From contig NIVC01000037.1 of NCBI GenBank assembly GCA_002269645.1, positions 868,001-932,000 of the forward strand: a stretch of 64,000 bases of DNA, in the 5' to 3' direction. The translations under genes and the position numbers were made by a program. This DNA comes from Macrostomum lignano (lineage: Eukaryota). Positions within the stretch are counted from its first letter, which is position 1; each line of letters starts with the position of its first letter. The notes below the pieces were generated by a model. That model saw only the letters and a list, made by a program, of their open reading frames with translations. It was not told where the DNA came from and did no database searches. This document shows, piece by piece, positions 1-13,199 of the stretch.

Positions 1-905
1 CTGATCTCTCTCTCTAATCTCTCTGATCTCTCTCTGATCTCTCTGATCTCTCTGATCTCTCTCTGATCTCTCTGATCTCTCTGATCTCTCTCTCTGATCT
101 CTCTGATCTCTCTGATCTCTCTCTCTGATCTCTCTCTGATCTCTCTCTGATCTCTCTGATCTCTCTGATCTCTCTGATCTCTCTGATCTCTCTGATCTCT
201 CTGATCTCTCTGATCTCTCTGATCTCTCTCTGATCTCTCTCTGATCTCTCTGATCTCTCTCTGATCTCTCCCTGACCTCTCTGATTTCTCTCTGATCTCT
301 CTGATCTCTCTCTGATCTCTCTGATCTCTCTGATCTCTCTCTCTGATCTCTCTCTCTGATCTCTCTCTCTCTGATCTCTCTCTCTGATCTCTCTCTCTGA
401 TCTCTCTGATCTCTCTCTCTGATCTCTCTTATCTCTCTGATCTCTTTCTCTGATCTCTCTCTCTGATCTCTCTCTCTGATCTCTCTCTCTGATCTCTCTG
501 ATCTCTCTCTCTGATCTCTCTGATCTCTCTGATCTCTCTCTCTGATCTCTCTGATCTCTCTGATCTCTCTGATCTCTCTGATCTCTCTCTCTGATCTCTC
601 TGATCTCTCTGATCTCTCTCTCTGATCTCTCTGATCTCTCTGATCTCTCTGATCTCTCTGATCTCTCTGATCTCTCTCTCTGATCTCTCTGATCTCTCTG
701 ATCTCTCTCTCTGATCTCTCTCTGATCTCTCTCTGATCTCTCTGATCTCTCTGATCTCTCTGATCTCTCTGATCTCTCTGATCTCTCTCTGATCTCTCTC
801 TGATCTCTCTGATCTCTCTCTGATCTCTCTGATCTCTCTCTGATCTCTCCCTGACCTCTCTGATCTCTCTCTGATCTCTCTGATCTCTCTCTCTCACTGA
901 TCTCT
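1..905. repeat. Compound microsatellite of GAT(CT)n units
   Basis: Continuous ctctgatctct-type units with a variable number of CT; runs off the window start. Confidence 0.95.
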
Positions 906-980
906 CTCTGGCATCCCTAATTAGACTTTAATAAAATGTTTTTAAAACTATACTTTGCATAAATCAGGCAATTTTAAAAT

Positions 981-1205
981 TCAAAGCAGACGTTGATTTG
1001 CCCTGGCTGTTGAGCCGCGGAGATCATGGCGCTGGCTGCCTGTGGCTGCGTGCTGAACACTACCAGTCTCTTGGGACTTCGTTAACAGCGCTCGAATTGT
1101 TGAACCTGATCGGCCAAATTGGCGAGCAGCTGCGCTGATGGATGCACCAGCTTCTAGCATGCCAACAGCGCGCCATCGTTCAGCGTCTGTCATATGCCTG
1201 ACCAT
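981..1205 (-). mobile_element. Tc1/mariner transposase N-terminal (paired-like HTH) fragment, truncated
   Basis: MVRHMTDAERWRAVGMLEAGASISAAARQFGRSGSTIRALLTKSQETGSV matches the Tc1-like N-terminus pattern RAVGMLxAGxSxxxVARxFGxSxSTIxxL...TGSV. There is an early stop, no DDE domain and no matching TIR pair. Confidence 0.75.
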
Positions 1206-2399
1206 TGTCACGTGTACTGTTGCACCCCAACCCCAACCCTTTTGTACTCTCACCCTGGAATTCACTCTCACCCAGCTTTAGCCACGCCGTGGCGCAAGTT
1301 ACGTCACTTGCAGTTGAGGTGAGAGAGAAGTCGCCTCTCTCGGTAGGGTGGTGGTTTTGACTGTTGCTGAGTGTACCTGGGATACGGAATCCAAGAAACA
1401 CTGCGAGCACCCTTGAAGCAGCTGTCACAAGGGCTATCATTTGGTTGCCGGCTGCTTTCCTGTACAAATAATCAGAAATGGTTGCGAGAGTCAGCCTTAC
1501 TGACTCGTTGGTTTGTGACGAAGGCAAACCAACTAACAATGCGCAACTTGGGGCCAATAGTAATTTGTTAGTTATTTGTGTGGACAGCTAGCTGAGAGAG
1601 TCACAATGGTCTTACTGCAAATGGAAGACGAATGTCTGTTTAAAAAAATTCGCCGTTGTGTTATAGATTCTTGCTCATGACAGTTTGTTGTTTGTGAAGG
1701 GGCGGAGGAGAGACAGGGGAGAGGTGATTTGTGGGTGATAATGGGAGAGAGTGGGTGGTGGAGGTGTATAACAACTTATAGTGAGAGAGAGAGAGACAAA
1801 GTGGGTGATAATGGGAGAAAGTGGGTGCCAGAAGTCTGGTGGCATTGGGAGACACAGGGTTAAATTGGTTGCACTGACTATTCAGGCCGGACGTTCAAGA
1901 AGAAAAAGAAGAAGCGTTGTTTCTCTTTCTCTCTCCATCTCTCCTAAAAGAGAGCGGCGAGTGTGAAGCAGGCAGAAGCAGATGCCGGCTGTTCAAAGCC
2001 GATAAAGAAATTGTCCAGCTGAAAGAAGAAAATCGTTGAAAAATCGGGGCGGCGGAAGAGACGGGCGTGCAGGTGGGCTGGCGGGCTGGCATTGTGGAAA
2101 AGTCATTAGCACCCGTTGGCGCCTGGCGGCTCTGGGCGCAGTTTTCAATTTCACATTTCCGATCGACTTCACCGACATCTCGCCGCTTCACGCGAATTCC
2201 AGCCTCCAATTAGTAGAGCGCGAAATTTGCCTCATCAAGCTGGGAGGTGGGGAGGGGAGACGGAAACTCTGGGGATGTCACGCAAACCGATTCAGCCGGA
2301 CAGAATCTCATCTTGAGCTGGGCTTTGCGATCTAACTTGTGCTCACACTTTCACCTCAGCTGCTATTCTGTCCGCATGATTCTCAGTCTGGCACTCTGA

Positions 2400-2930
2400 T
2401 TGTCTCACGCTTAATCTCACTCTGTGACTCTCTCCGTCTTACCCTAAATCTCACTCTGTGACTCTCTCCGTCTCACGCTTAATCTCACTCTGTGACTCTC
2501 TCCGTCTCACCCTAAATCTCACTCTGTGACTCTCTCCGTCTCACCCTTAATCTCACTCTGTGACTCTCTCCGTCTTACACTTAATCTCACTCTGACTCTC
2601 GTAATCTCAACCCTTAATCTCACTCTATGACTTTCTCAATCTCACTCTGAATCTCACTCTGTGTCTCTCTCCGTCTCACCCTTAAGCTCACTCTTTGATT
2701 CTCTCCGTCTCACCCTTAATCTCACTCTGTGACTCTCTCCGTCTCACCCTAAATCTCACTCTGCGTCTCTCCCAGTCTCGCACTTAATCTCACTCTGCGT
2801 CTCTCCCAGTCTCATACTTAATCTCACTGTGTCTCTCTCAATCTCACAATTAATCTCACTCTGTGTCTCTCTCAGTCTCACCCTTAATCTCACTCTGTGA
2901 CTCTCTCGGTGTCACTCCTAATCTCATTTA
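2400..2930. repeat. Minisatellite, ~34-bp unit ttaatctcactctgtgactctctccgtctcaccc
   Basis: About 15 degenerate tandem copies. Confidence 0.9.
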
Positions 2931-2951
2931 GTAAAGTTTTCATTACCAATC

Positions 2952-2996
2952 TGAGACTCTCCGGCTGTGCCCTGGCCGCACAGCCGGAGAGTCTCA
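2952..2996. other. Perfect 19-bp inverted repeat with 7-nt loop
   Basis: tgagactctccggctgtgc-cctggcc-gcacagccggagagtctca. Confidence 0.9.
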
Positions 2997-3180
2997 CTTC
3001 TGGGATTTGTGTGGAAGCCACTTCCCCCGCTATTTTATCCCATTTTCAGAGCGCGAACCGGTCTTAAATTAAGCCCTAAATTGCTTGCTTTGCCGCCATG
3101 AATTATGCATGCCAGTTGCCTCCGCATCTGTTTCTGAAGCCGAACTGTGACAACAGCTTCCAGTGCCCTGTGACTTAGCG

Positions 3181-4155
3181 ATGGGTCAGCTGTGAATCTA
3201 GATGGGTCAGGTTTGTGTCTAGATGGGTCAGGTTTGTATCCTAGATGGGTCAGGTTTGTATCTAGGTGGTTCCAGATGGTTCCAGGTTTGTGTCTAGATG
3301 GGTCAGGTTTGTGTCTAGATGGGTCAGGTTTGTATCTAGATGGGTCAGGTTTGTATCTAGGTGGTTCCAGATGGTTCCAGATGGTTCCAGGTTTGTGTCT
3401 AGATGGGTCAGGTTTGTGTCTAGATGGGTAAGGTTTGTGTCCAGATGGGTGAGGTTTGTGTCTAGATGGGTAAGGTTTGTGTCTAGATGGGTCAGGTTTG
3501 TATCTAATATGGGTTAGGTTTGTGTCTATATGGGTCAGGTTTGTATCTAATATGGGTGAGGTTTGTGTCTAGATGGGTCAGGTTTGTATCTAATATGGGT
3601 TAGGTTTGTGTCTATATGGGTCAGGTTTGCATCTAGATTGGTCAGGTTTGCATCTAGATGGGTCAGGTTTGTATCTAGGTGGTTCCAGATGGTTCCAGAT
3701 GGTTCCAGGTTTGTGTCTAGATGGGTCAGGTTTGTGTCTAGATGGGTTAGGTTTGTGTCTAGATGGGTCAGGTTTGTATCTAGATGGGTTAGGTTTGTGT
3801 CTAGATGGGTCAGGTTTGTGTCTAGATAGATCAGGTTTGTATCTAGATGGGTCAGGTTTGTGTCTAGATGGGTCAGGTTTGTGTCTAGATAGATCAGGTT
3901 TGTATCTAGATGGGTCAGGTTTGTGTCTAGATGGGTCAGGTTTGTGTCTAGATAGGTCAGGTTTGTATCTAGATAGGTCAGGTTTGTATCTAGATGGGTT
4001 AGGTTTGTGTCTAGATGGGTCAGGTTTGTATCTAGATGGGTCAGGTTTGTATCTAGGTGGGTCAGCTGTGCATCTTGATGGGTCAGCTGTGCATCTAGAT
4101 GGGTCAGCTGTGCATCTTGATGGGTCAGCTGTGCATCTTGATGGGTCAGCTGTGC
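3181..4155. repeat. Minisatellite, 21-bp unit tctagatgggtcaggtttgtg
   Basis: Tandem copies; produces the LDGSGLC / SRWVRFV ORFs. Confidence 0.95.
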
Positions 4156-4794
4156 ATTTCGGCCAGGTCAGCTATGAGTAAGGATGATCCTTACCGGACT
4201 CATCCCACAGCTGTTTTAAAAAATGAATATTTGCAAAACTTTACGTTCGAGTCGAAGTTCTCGAGTTTCAGTCTGAGCAGAATCCGGCTGCCACAAAAAC
4301 TAAGAGGGGGGGCAAATAGCCTGCCAGAATGATAGCAAAAATCATGGAAATTTTTTGCTCGGAAGCAGAGCAACTTCTGCCGCGGCAGGTGAAAAAATCC
4401 CGACAGAAACGTAGTCAGGATAAGCCAGTTCGTCACGATGCCTCTCGATAGACAACCTGCTTTTCCATGAAACCCCTGCTTGAGCACGACTCGGCTCTGA
4501 TTTGGGGACCTTGTTTTTTCTGGATCTAAAAAAATATTGCAACTTTTTTTCCAATCCTGAAGGCCTGTCTGGTCTCGTATCGGTAGACAAGTTTATAGCG
4601 AGGGGCATTCTAGATCTGGATGACTGCTCCATAACACTGAAGCCTCTGACAAACCGTCAAAATTGTTGTTTCCTGAAGTGACCTTTTCACAGGTTGCAGT
4701 TTTAACCAGATTAAACCCTTGCTGTGTTCGTTTCTGCCCCGTCTCTTTGGTGTGAAAGCAGAAACACTTTGCTGTGACATTTTGCTAGTGAATT

Positions 4795-6097
4795 TGGTTC
4801 CAGTCCAGATGGTTCCAGTCCAGACAGTTCCAGTCCAGAGGGTTTCCAGTCCAGACAGTTCCAGTCCAGATGGTTCCAGTCCAGATGGTTCCAGTCCAGA
4901 CAGTTCCAGTCCAGAGGGTTTCCAGTCCAGACAGTTCCAGTCCAGATGGTTCCAGTCCAGACAGTTCCAGTCCAGAGGGTTTCCAGTCCAGACAGTTCCA
5001 GTCCAGATGGTTCCAGTCCAGATGGTTCCAGTCCAGATGGTTCCAGTCCAGATGGTTCCAGTCCAGACAGTTCCAGTCCAGAGGGTTTCCAGTCCAGACA
5101 GTTCCAGTCCAGATGGTTCCAGTCCAGATGGTTCCAGTCCAGATGGTTCCAGTCCAGATGGTTCCAGTCCAGATGGTTCCAGTCCAGATGGTTCCAGTCC
5201 AGATGGTTCCAGTCCAGATGGTTCCAGTCCAGATGGTTCCAGTCCAGATGGTTCCAGTCCAGATGGTTCCAGCCCAGATGGTTCCAGTCCAGATGGTTCC
5301 AGTCCAGATGGTTCCAGTCCAGATGGTTCCAGTCCAGATGGTTCCAGTCCAGATGGTTCCAGTCCAGATGGTTCCAGTCCAGATGGTTCCAGTCCAGATG
5401 GTTCCAGTCCAGATGGTTCCAGTCCAGATGGTTCCAGTCCAGATGGTTCCAGTCCAGATGGTTCCAGTCCAGATGGTTCCAGTCCAGATGGTTCCAGTCC
5501 AGATGGTTCCAGTCCAGATGGTTCCAGTCCAGATGGTTCCAGTCCAGATGGTTCCAGTCCAGATGGTTCCAGTCCAGATGGTTCCAGTCCAGATGGTTCC
5601 AGTCCAGATGGTTCCAGCCCAGATGGTTCCAGTCCAGATGGTTCCAGTCCAGATGGTTCCAGTCCAGATGGTTCCAGTCCAGATGGTTCCAGTCCAGATG
5701 GTTCCAGTCCAGATGGTTCCAGTCCAGATGGTTCCAGTCCAGATGGTTCCAGTCCAGATGGTTCCAGTCCAGATGGTTCCAGTCCAGATGGTTCCAGTCC
5801 AGATGGTTCCAGTCCAGATGGTTCCAGTCCAGATGGTTCCAGTCCAGATGGTTCCAGTCCAGATGGTTCCAGCCCAGATGGTTCCAGTCCAGATGGTTCC
5901 AGTCCAGATGGTTCCAGTCCAGATGGTTCCAGTCCAGATGGTTCCAGTCCAGATGGTTCCAGTCCAGATGGTTCCAGTCCAGATGGTTCCAGTCCAGATG
6001 GTTCCAGTCCAGATGGTTCCAGTCCAGATGGTTCCAGTCCAGATGGTTCCAGTCCAGATGGTTCCAGCCCAGATGGTTCCAGTCCAGATGGTTCCAG
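4795..6097. repeat. Minisatellite, 15-bp unit gttccagtccagatg
   Basis: Near-homogeneous array that is open in several frames (MVPVQ, DGSSP, WFQSR, DWNHL). Confidence 0.97.
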
Positions 6098-6582
6098 TTC
6101 AGTTTGTTCGACAAGGGTCCATAAACTGATCCTGCCGCAGCCATGGTTCCAGTCCAGATGGCAGCAGAGGGGTCCATGGAATGATTGCCAGACCGGTTCG
6201 CCTGTCAGTCAGTTGGTCAGTCGGGCTTAGGAATGAGGATTAGCTGTGGGGCTGTTTATTCCGATACCGATTTGCTTGGCATGCACTCGCACTGGATCGG
6301 GTCGGCCACCGCCTCCCCCCTTCCATCTTCGAGCCGCGTGTGGGCGGATCTCCACCCCCAAGGCCTGAACCTCCCCGTTCGCGTATACGTGTAAGGGGCA
6401 TTGGGAACAACTCGGCTTCTGCCAGTCTTCCTAAAGTTCCCAAGGTTCCCCAATCCTTGTGCCAACGGCTGTCTGTGGGAAATTTATCCCAATAGTGATT
6501 TATAGAATCCCAACCCGTAGCTTATCCCAGCCAATTCAATTTTTCAATTGAATTTTTGTGCTTTTCTTATCAAATTTTACCA

Positions 6583-7405
6583 ATCTAACACCAATCTAAC
6601 ACCAATCTAACACCAATCTAACATCAATCTAACACTAATCTAACACCAATCTAACACAAATCTAACACAAATCTAACACAATCTAACACTAATCTAACAC
6701 CAATCTAACACCAATCTAACACCAATCTAACACTAATCTAACACAAATCTAACACCAATCTAACACAAATCTAACACCAATCTAACACTAATCAAACACT
6801 AATCTAACACCAATCTAACACAAATCTAACACCAATCTAACACCAATCTAACACCAATCTAACACTAATCTAACACTAATCTAACACCAATCTAACACAA
6901 ATCTAACACAAATCTAACACCAATCTAACACAAATCTAACACAAATCTAACACCAATCTAACACCAATCTAATACCAATCTAACACCAATCTAACAGCAA
7001 TCTAACATTTATCTAACACCAATCTAATACCAATCTAACACCAATCTAACACCAATCTAACACTAATCTAACACTAATCTAACACCAATCTAACACAAAT
7101 CTAACAAAAATCTAACACCAATCTAACACAAATCTAACACAAATCTAACACCAATCTAACACCAGTCTAACAACAATCTAACACTAATCTAACACCAATC
7201 TAACACCAATCTAACACTAATCTAACACCAATCTAACACCAATCTAACACCAATCTAACACAAATCTAACACAATCTAACACCAATCTAACACCAATCTA
7301 ACACCAATCTAACACCAATCTAACATTGATCTAACACCAATCTAATACCAATCTAACACCAATCTAACACCAAGCTAACACCAATCGAACACCAATCTAA
7401 CACTA
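6583..7405. repeat. Minisatellite, 11-bp unit ccaatctaaca
   Basis: Direct tandem copies. Confidence 0.95.
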
Positions 7406-8028
7406 ATCTAACCAACCTCACCCAAAACCAACATGAGACCAACCTGACTTAAAATCGCAGTGGGCTGATCAGGTGAACAGAAACTAGAAATAATGCAGAT
7501 TACAGGCAGCATCCCTCTCCATCCAACTCCCCGTATCTGCAAGCTTAGCTGAGTTCCCACGCCCACCTACGCAGTCTCCGTCAGCCGCATCCAAGGCTCG
7601 CCTACCTCTTGATGTCGTTTCTCAGCCTCTGAGCCTTATCAAACTTGCATGCAGACCAGACTTGCATCCGCCTCTCTCATCTCCATCTCGCTTGCTCAAG
7701 AGTCCCGCCGTCACTCACTCACTCACTTATGCAGTTCTACCCGCCCCCATTACCCCTTATCAGGGCGTACTTCATTTTCTCTCCAAGGCCTCACCTGCCT
7801 GCCAGCTCTCCGGGTTTCGGCAAAGTCAGCGAAGTGTGAAATCAGCGAGTCACCCCAGATTGTAGTTGACTTTACTCACAGCCTGCAAAGTGCTTGCTGC
7901 TGATTGAGATTGAGCGCGAGGCTGAGATTCACTCAGCGAGACATTGAGGATGGAGACTATATTGTTTTTACATAGAGAGATCGGAGATAAGACTGTGAGA
8001 TTCACTCCTATACTGCTCAGACTTACAG

Positions 8029-8842
8029 AGATGAGATCGGAGATGAGATCGGAGATGAGATCGGAGATGAGATCGGAGATGAGATCGGAGATGAGATCGG
8101 AGATGAGATCGGAGATGAGATCGGAGATGAGATCGGAGATGAGATCGGAGATGAGATCGGAGATGAGATCGGAGATGAGATCGGAGATGAGATCGGAGAT
8201 GAGATCGGAGATGAGATCGGAGATGAGATCGGAGATGAGATCGGAGATGAGATCGGAGATGAGATCGGAGATGAGATCGGAGATGAGATCGGAGATGAGA
8301 TCGGAGATGAGATCGGAGATGAGATCGGAGATGAGATCGGAGATGAGATCGGAGATGAGATCGGAGATGAGATCGGAGATGAGATCGGAGATGAGATCGG
8401 AGATGAGATCGGAGATGAGATCGGAGATGAGATCGGAGATGAGATCGGAGATGAGATCGGAGATGAGATCGGAGATGAGATCGGAGATGAGATCGGAGAT
8501 GAGATCGGAGATGAGATCGGAGATGAGATCGGAGATGAGATCGGAGATGAGATCGGAGATGAGATCGGAGATGAGATCGGAGATGAGATCGGAGATGAGA
8601 TCGGAGATGAGATCGGAGATGAGATCGGAGATGAGATCGGAGATGAGATCGGAGATGAGATCGGAGATGAGATCGGAGATGAGATCGGAGATGAGATCGG
8701 AGATGAGATCGGAGATGAGATCGGAGATGAGATCGGAGATGAGATCGGAGATGAGATCGGAGATGAGATCGGAGATGAGATCGGAGATTAGATCGGAGAT
8801 TAGATCGGAGATGAGATCGGAGATGAGATCGGAGATGAGACT
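8029..8842. repeat. Minisatellite, 12-bp unit gagatgagatcg
   Basis: Homogeneous array (SEMR ORF). Confidence 0.97.
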
Positions 8843-9582
8843 GTGAGATTCACTCTAACTACTATGCAATAATATCTATAGTACATTTACAAGCCGTAGC
8901 TTCGGACATGAGCTCAGTGACTCGCAAAAAATCCTCTGGTAAAAACGTTTCTCCCAGAGCATGGCTGAGCAAGTATTCTCTCACTAATCTTATTTCTCTT
9001 TCTCTCACTCTCAAAATCTCATATTTTCGTATTTGATTTGCCGCCAACCCCCCCCCCCAATACCAGCTGGAGCGGATTTGAACTCAAACTCTAGGGAGAG
9101 CTGAAAGAAAGCAATTTTTCTCGCCGACCCACCTCGCCGGCCCCAGTAACTGCCGGATTTGATAGCTGAGCAATGCCCCGGGCCGGCTGCACTGGGATTT
9201 CGGGAGAGTGCGAGCCAAAACTGAGGCGAGCCGGAGCTGCCCTGTTTTATTTTGAGTCCGGCCCCGAGTTAATTTTCAGCGGCCGGACTGGCCGAAAGAA
9301 ATAAAAGGAAATGTGGGAAAGAGAAAAAGAAGAGGAGACAGGATGGATGAGAGAGTGAAGGGGGGCAGGCGCCCGATAGGAAACCGGAGACAAGGAGCGG
9401 CAGACCGCACGCACAAGGGGGGGGGTCCAATGGTAACTCGCCGCGAGCCTCGGCCACAGCTTGAGAAGGCTAATCAGGCACGCGGCTGCTACTTGAACAT
9501 CTGTGCAGTGCAGATGTAAGCGCGAAGAGCTCAGCGCTTGCTGGGTACTCTCGAGAATTCCGCAACATCCCTGTGTCTCTGG

Positions 9583-10770
9583 GAATCGATCATGTGTCTT
9601 TCTAGGAATCGATCATGAGTCTTTCTTGGAATCGATCATGTGTCTTTCTAGGAATCGATCATGAGTCTTTCTTGGAATCGATCATGTGTCTTTCTAGGAA
9701 TCGATCATGAGTCTTTCTAGGAATCGATCATGAGTCTTTCTTGGAATCGATCATGTGTCTTTCTAGGAATCGATCATGTGTCTTTCTAGGAATCGATCAT
9801 GTGTCTTTCTAGGAATCGATCATGTGTCTTTCTAGGAATCGATCATGAGTCTTTCTAGGAATCGATCATGAGTCTTTCTTGGAATCGATCATGTGTCTTT
9901 CTAGGAATCGATCATGTGTCTTTCTAGGAATCGATCATGAGTCTTTCTAGGAATCGATCATGAGTCTTTCTTGGAATCGATCATGTGTCTTTCTAGGAAT
10001 CGATCATGTGTCTTTCTAGGAATCGATCATGTGTCTTTCTAGGAATCGATCATGTGTCTTTCTAGGAATCGATCATGTGTCTTTTTAGGAATCGATTATG
10101 TGTCTTTCTAGGAATCGATCATGTGTCTTTCTTGAAATCGATCATGTGTCTTTCTAGGAATCGATCATGAGTCTTTCTTGGAATCGATCATGTGTCTTTC
10201 TAGGAATCGATCATGTGTCTTTCTAGGAATCGATCATGTGTCTTTCTAGGAATCGATCATGTGTCTTTCTAGGAATCAATCATGTGTCTTTCTAGGAATC
10301 GAGAATGTGTCTTTCTAGGAATCGATCATGAGTCTTTCTTGGAATCGATCATGTGTCTTTCTAGGAATCGATCATGTGTCTTTCTAGGAATCGATCATGT
10401 GTCTTTCTAGGAATCGATCATGTGTCTTTCTAGGAATCGATCATGTGTCTTTCTAGGAATCGATCATGTGTCTTTCTAGGAATCGATCATTTGTCTTTCT
10501 AGGAATCGATCATGTGTCTTTCTAGGAATCGATCATGTGTCTTTCTAGGAATCAATCATGTGTCTTTCTAGGAGTCGATCATGTGTCTTTCTAGGAGTCG
10601 ATCATGTGTCTTTCTAGGAATCGATCATGAGTCTTTCTTGGAATCGAGAATGAGTCTTTCTAGGAATCGATGTGTCTTTCTCTGAATCGATTTATGTGTC
10701 TTTCTTGGATTCGATCATGTCTTTATAGGAATCAAGAATGTGTCTTTCTGTTCAGCGAGAATGTCTTTCT
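9583..10770. repeat. Minisatellite, 23-bp unit ggaatcgatcatgtgtctttcta
   Basis: Tandem copies that degenerate at the right end. Confidence 0.95.
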
Positions 10771-12486
10771 AGGAATCGTCTAAATCCGGAATCGAATCCG
10801 GTTTCGAAATAAAAATAATTTAGTATATTACGGTCCTAGACTTCAGATTGCGTCGGATGGCCGGATGAGGGTCGCCGATGCCTCCTCTGCGAACCTGCCG
10901 ACTATTGGCGCCGGCTGGGCGCATCCGCTAGGTTGAACCTTGGTATATTTTACCTTGGGGTTGCGATAGGGACCTTGCGGCCTAATCGCGGCCCCGTCAG
11001 CAGTAAGTACGAGCTAAGTTGGCTCCCGACGCAGTTGCAGCCAGTCCATTGAAAACTGGCATCTATTGTTTTGTCCCATCACCCCCCACTCCTCTTGTCA
11101 GTCAGTTTCTCCATTCGAGGGAAATACGTGTGCGACTTGACTGTAGGAAATCCCCTACCAAGCGTGGAGAGACAGATCCACAGAGACAGAGACAGGAAAT
11201 TGAAACAAGTATTGGCTGCTGGTAGATCATTTTTTTCTCTTTATTTCAGCCGGGTAGGATGAAGCCAATGGACTCCTATTGGCCGTTATAGTTGCTGGGT
11301 GGGAGCAATGAGGATGGATTGAAGGTTGGCCCGATGGGAGCAGGTTCCCCCCCCCCCACACACACAAGAAAGCACCTTTCATGCGCCGGCTTGCGAGCGA
11401 GTAAGCGGCAGCGCCGCACGCAGGGAAGGAGACTGGAGGATGGAGCAATTTCTCTGCCCTCTTTACCCCCCCCACCCTCAGATCCCGCCAAATCCACCGG
11501 CCGGGCTGACGGGCCAGTCAAGGGGGTATTAGGCGAGCCAAGTCGCTCACGGAGGTCGAGAGAGAAAAAAGAAAAGGAGGGAGAGAAAGAGAGGCAGGGA
11601 GCCGCTGAGAAGCTTGAAATAGAACGAGGCAGCCGCCCGACGACGCTGCAACTTCAACTTCTTCAACGGCGGCCATCCCGCCTGTTTTCTATCGCCACTC
11701 TTCTCTCTCTGTGTGTGTGTCTGTCTGCCTGTCCGGCCTTACCGCTTCACTGAAGGCTCCGTCCGCAAGAAGGAAAAGCAGAAAAGGAGAAAAAGGAGCT
11801 GCCTCGAGGCTCGCAGCGGGCGAAGAGACCTGGAGAAGGGATCAGTATTCAGAAAGTCTACGGATCGGACTTCCTTCCAGCCCGTGCCCAGGCTCCGTTT
11901 GCCTCCCCATCAGTCCAGACAGGGCTTCACTTTACTTCTCAGCTCTTTTACCCTTTCAAGCCTTACCTCTTCTCCCTTCTCTCTCCGTAATCCCAGGACT
12001 GAGGGTGAGGCGGCGGCAAGGGAACAGTCGGGCATCCGGTTTCCCAATCCCCGGCTGTGTTGCGGGACAAAGAAGCGGGACCGGCCAGCAAAAGCAAATC
12101 AGAGCAGGCCTCGTCTCGGCACCAGCATCAGAAGTTTGCATCCTCTCTGGCAGTCGGCGACAGTCCAACGCGAGAGGCGCTTCCAGAGTGCGGTAAGACT
12201 CAAAAGTGGAAAGCTGTATACTCAGGCGCGGATTACTCTGCCCCTCTGCTCAGCTGTGCTCAGCTCAACCTCTCGCAGCCCGCTTCAAATACTATCATCA
12301 TCATGTTTCTTCTTTGTGTCACAAGGCTGCCACGCCCACTGGGTAGAGAGCAGGCAGAGACACGGGAGGGCAAAGAAGAGAGGGGAATGGAACGGCCGGG
12401 AAGACTCGTTGCGAAAGAAACAGACGGACAAGAAGCGTTTGTTCTTTGCAGTTTTGTGCGCCCGCCCGCTCTGTGCACTGGGCTAC

Positions 12487-12487
<1 letters not shown>

Positions 12488-12563
<76 letters not shown>
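12488..12563. repeat. (GACA)n microsatellite
   Basis: Pure run. Confidence 0.97.
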
Positions 12564-12564
<1 letters not shown>

Positions 12565-13199
12565 CACTGTCCTATTTCTCCTATTTCTGCATTAGCAGAC
12601 CTGCTTGACCTGCACAAAAGCGAGATGGAATAGCAAACGGGAAGCGCAGAGTCGGCCAGCTGGGTCATCCCCCTTTTTGCAGCGTTTCAAGACCAAAAAG
12701 TCCGTGTCCTATTACCTAATTTCAGCCCGCCATGCAGTCTCCCTCTGGTCCGTGATTTTTTTTGCTTCTTTTCCCCACCCTCCAGGTCTGCCTGCGCAGC
12801 CTGCCGCCACACAGCCGCCACAGCCGCCGCCACCGCTGCTGCTGCCGCTGCTGTTGTTGTAGAAGAGGGACGTTGGGCCACTGATTGCCCGGACCGCTGC
12901 CGGCAGCCAGGAGAGATTGTGTCCCCACTTCCCCGGGGCCAGCCCGGGATTGCCCCTATTCCTCCCCCAGTCCCCCCTCTCTCTCTCTCGCCCTGACCCG
13001 CGGAAACCACCGGGCGTCCTTTCGGTTCAGCGCCAAAAACTCTCCTGGCCTCAGATCCGCCCTCTTTCTTTGCCCTGCAGCGAATTGGCTCGGTCAAAGC
13101 TGCCCCTCCTCTTCTCTCCGCCAACGCGCTCTCTCCGCTGGCCCCGTCGCCACCCCCTCACCGCCAGGAAGAGGAGGAGGCGGCAAAGCGCGACCCGTC

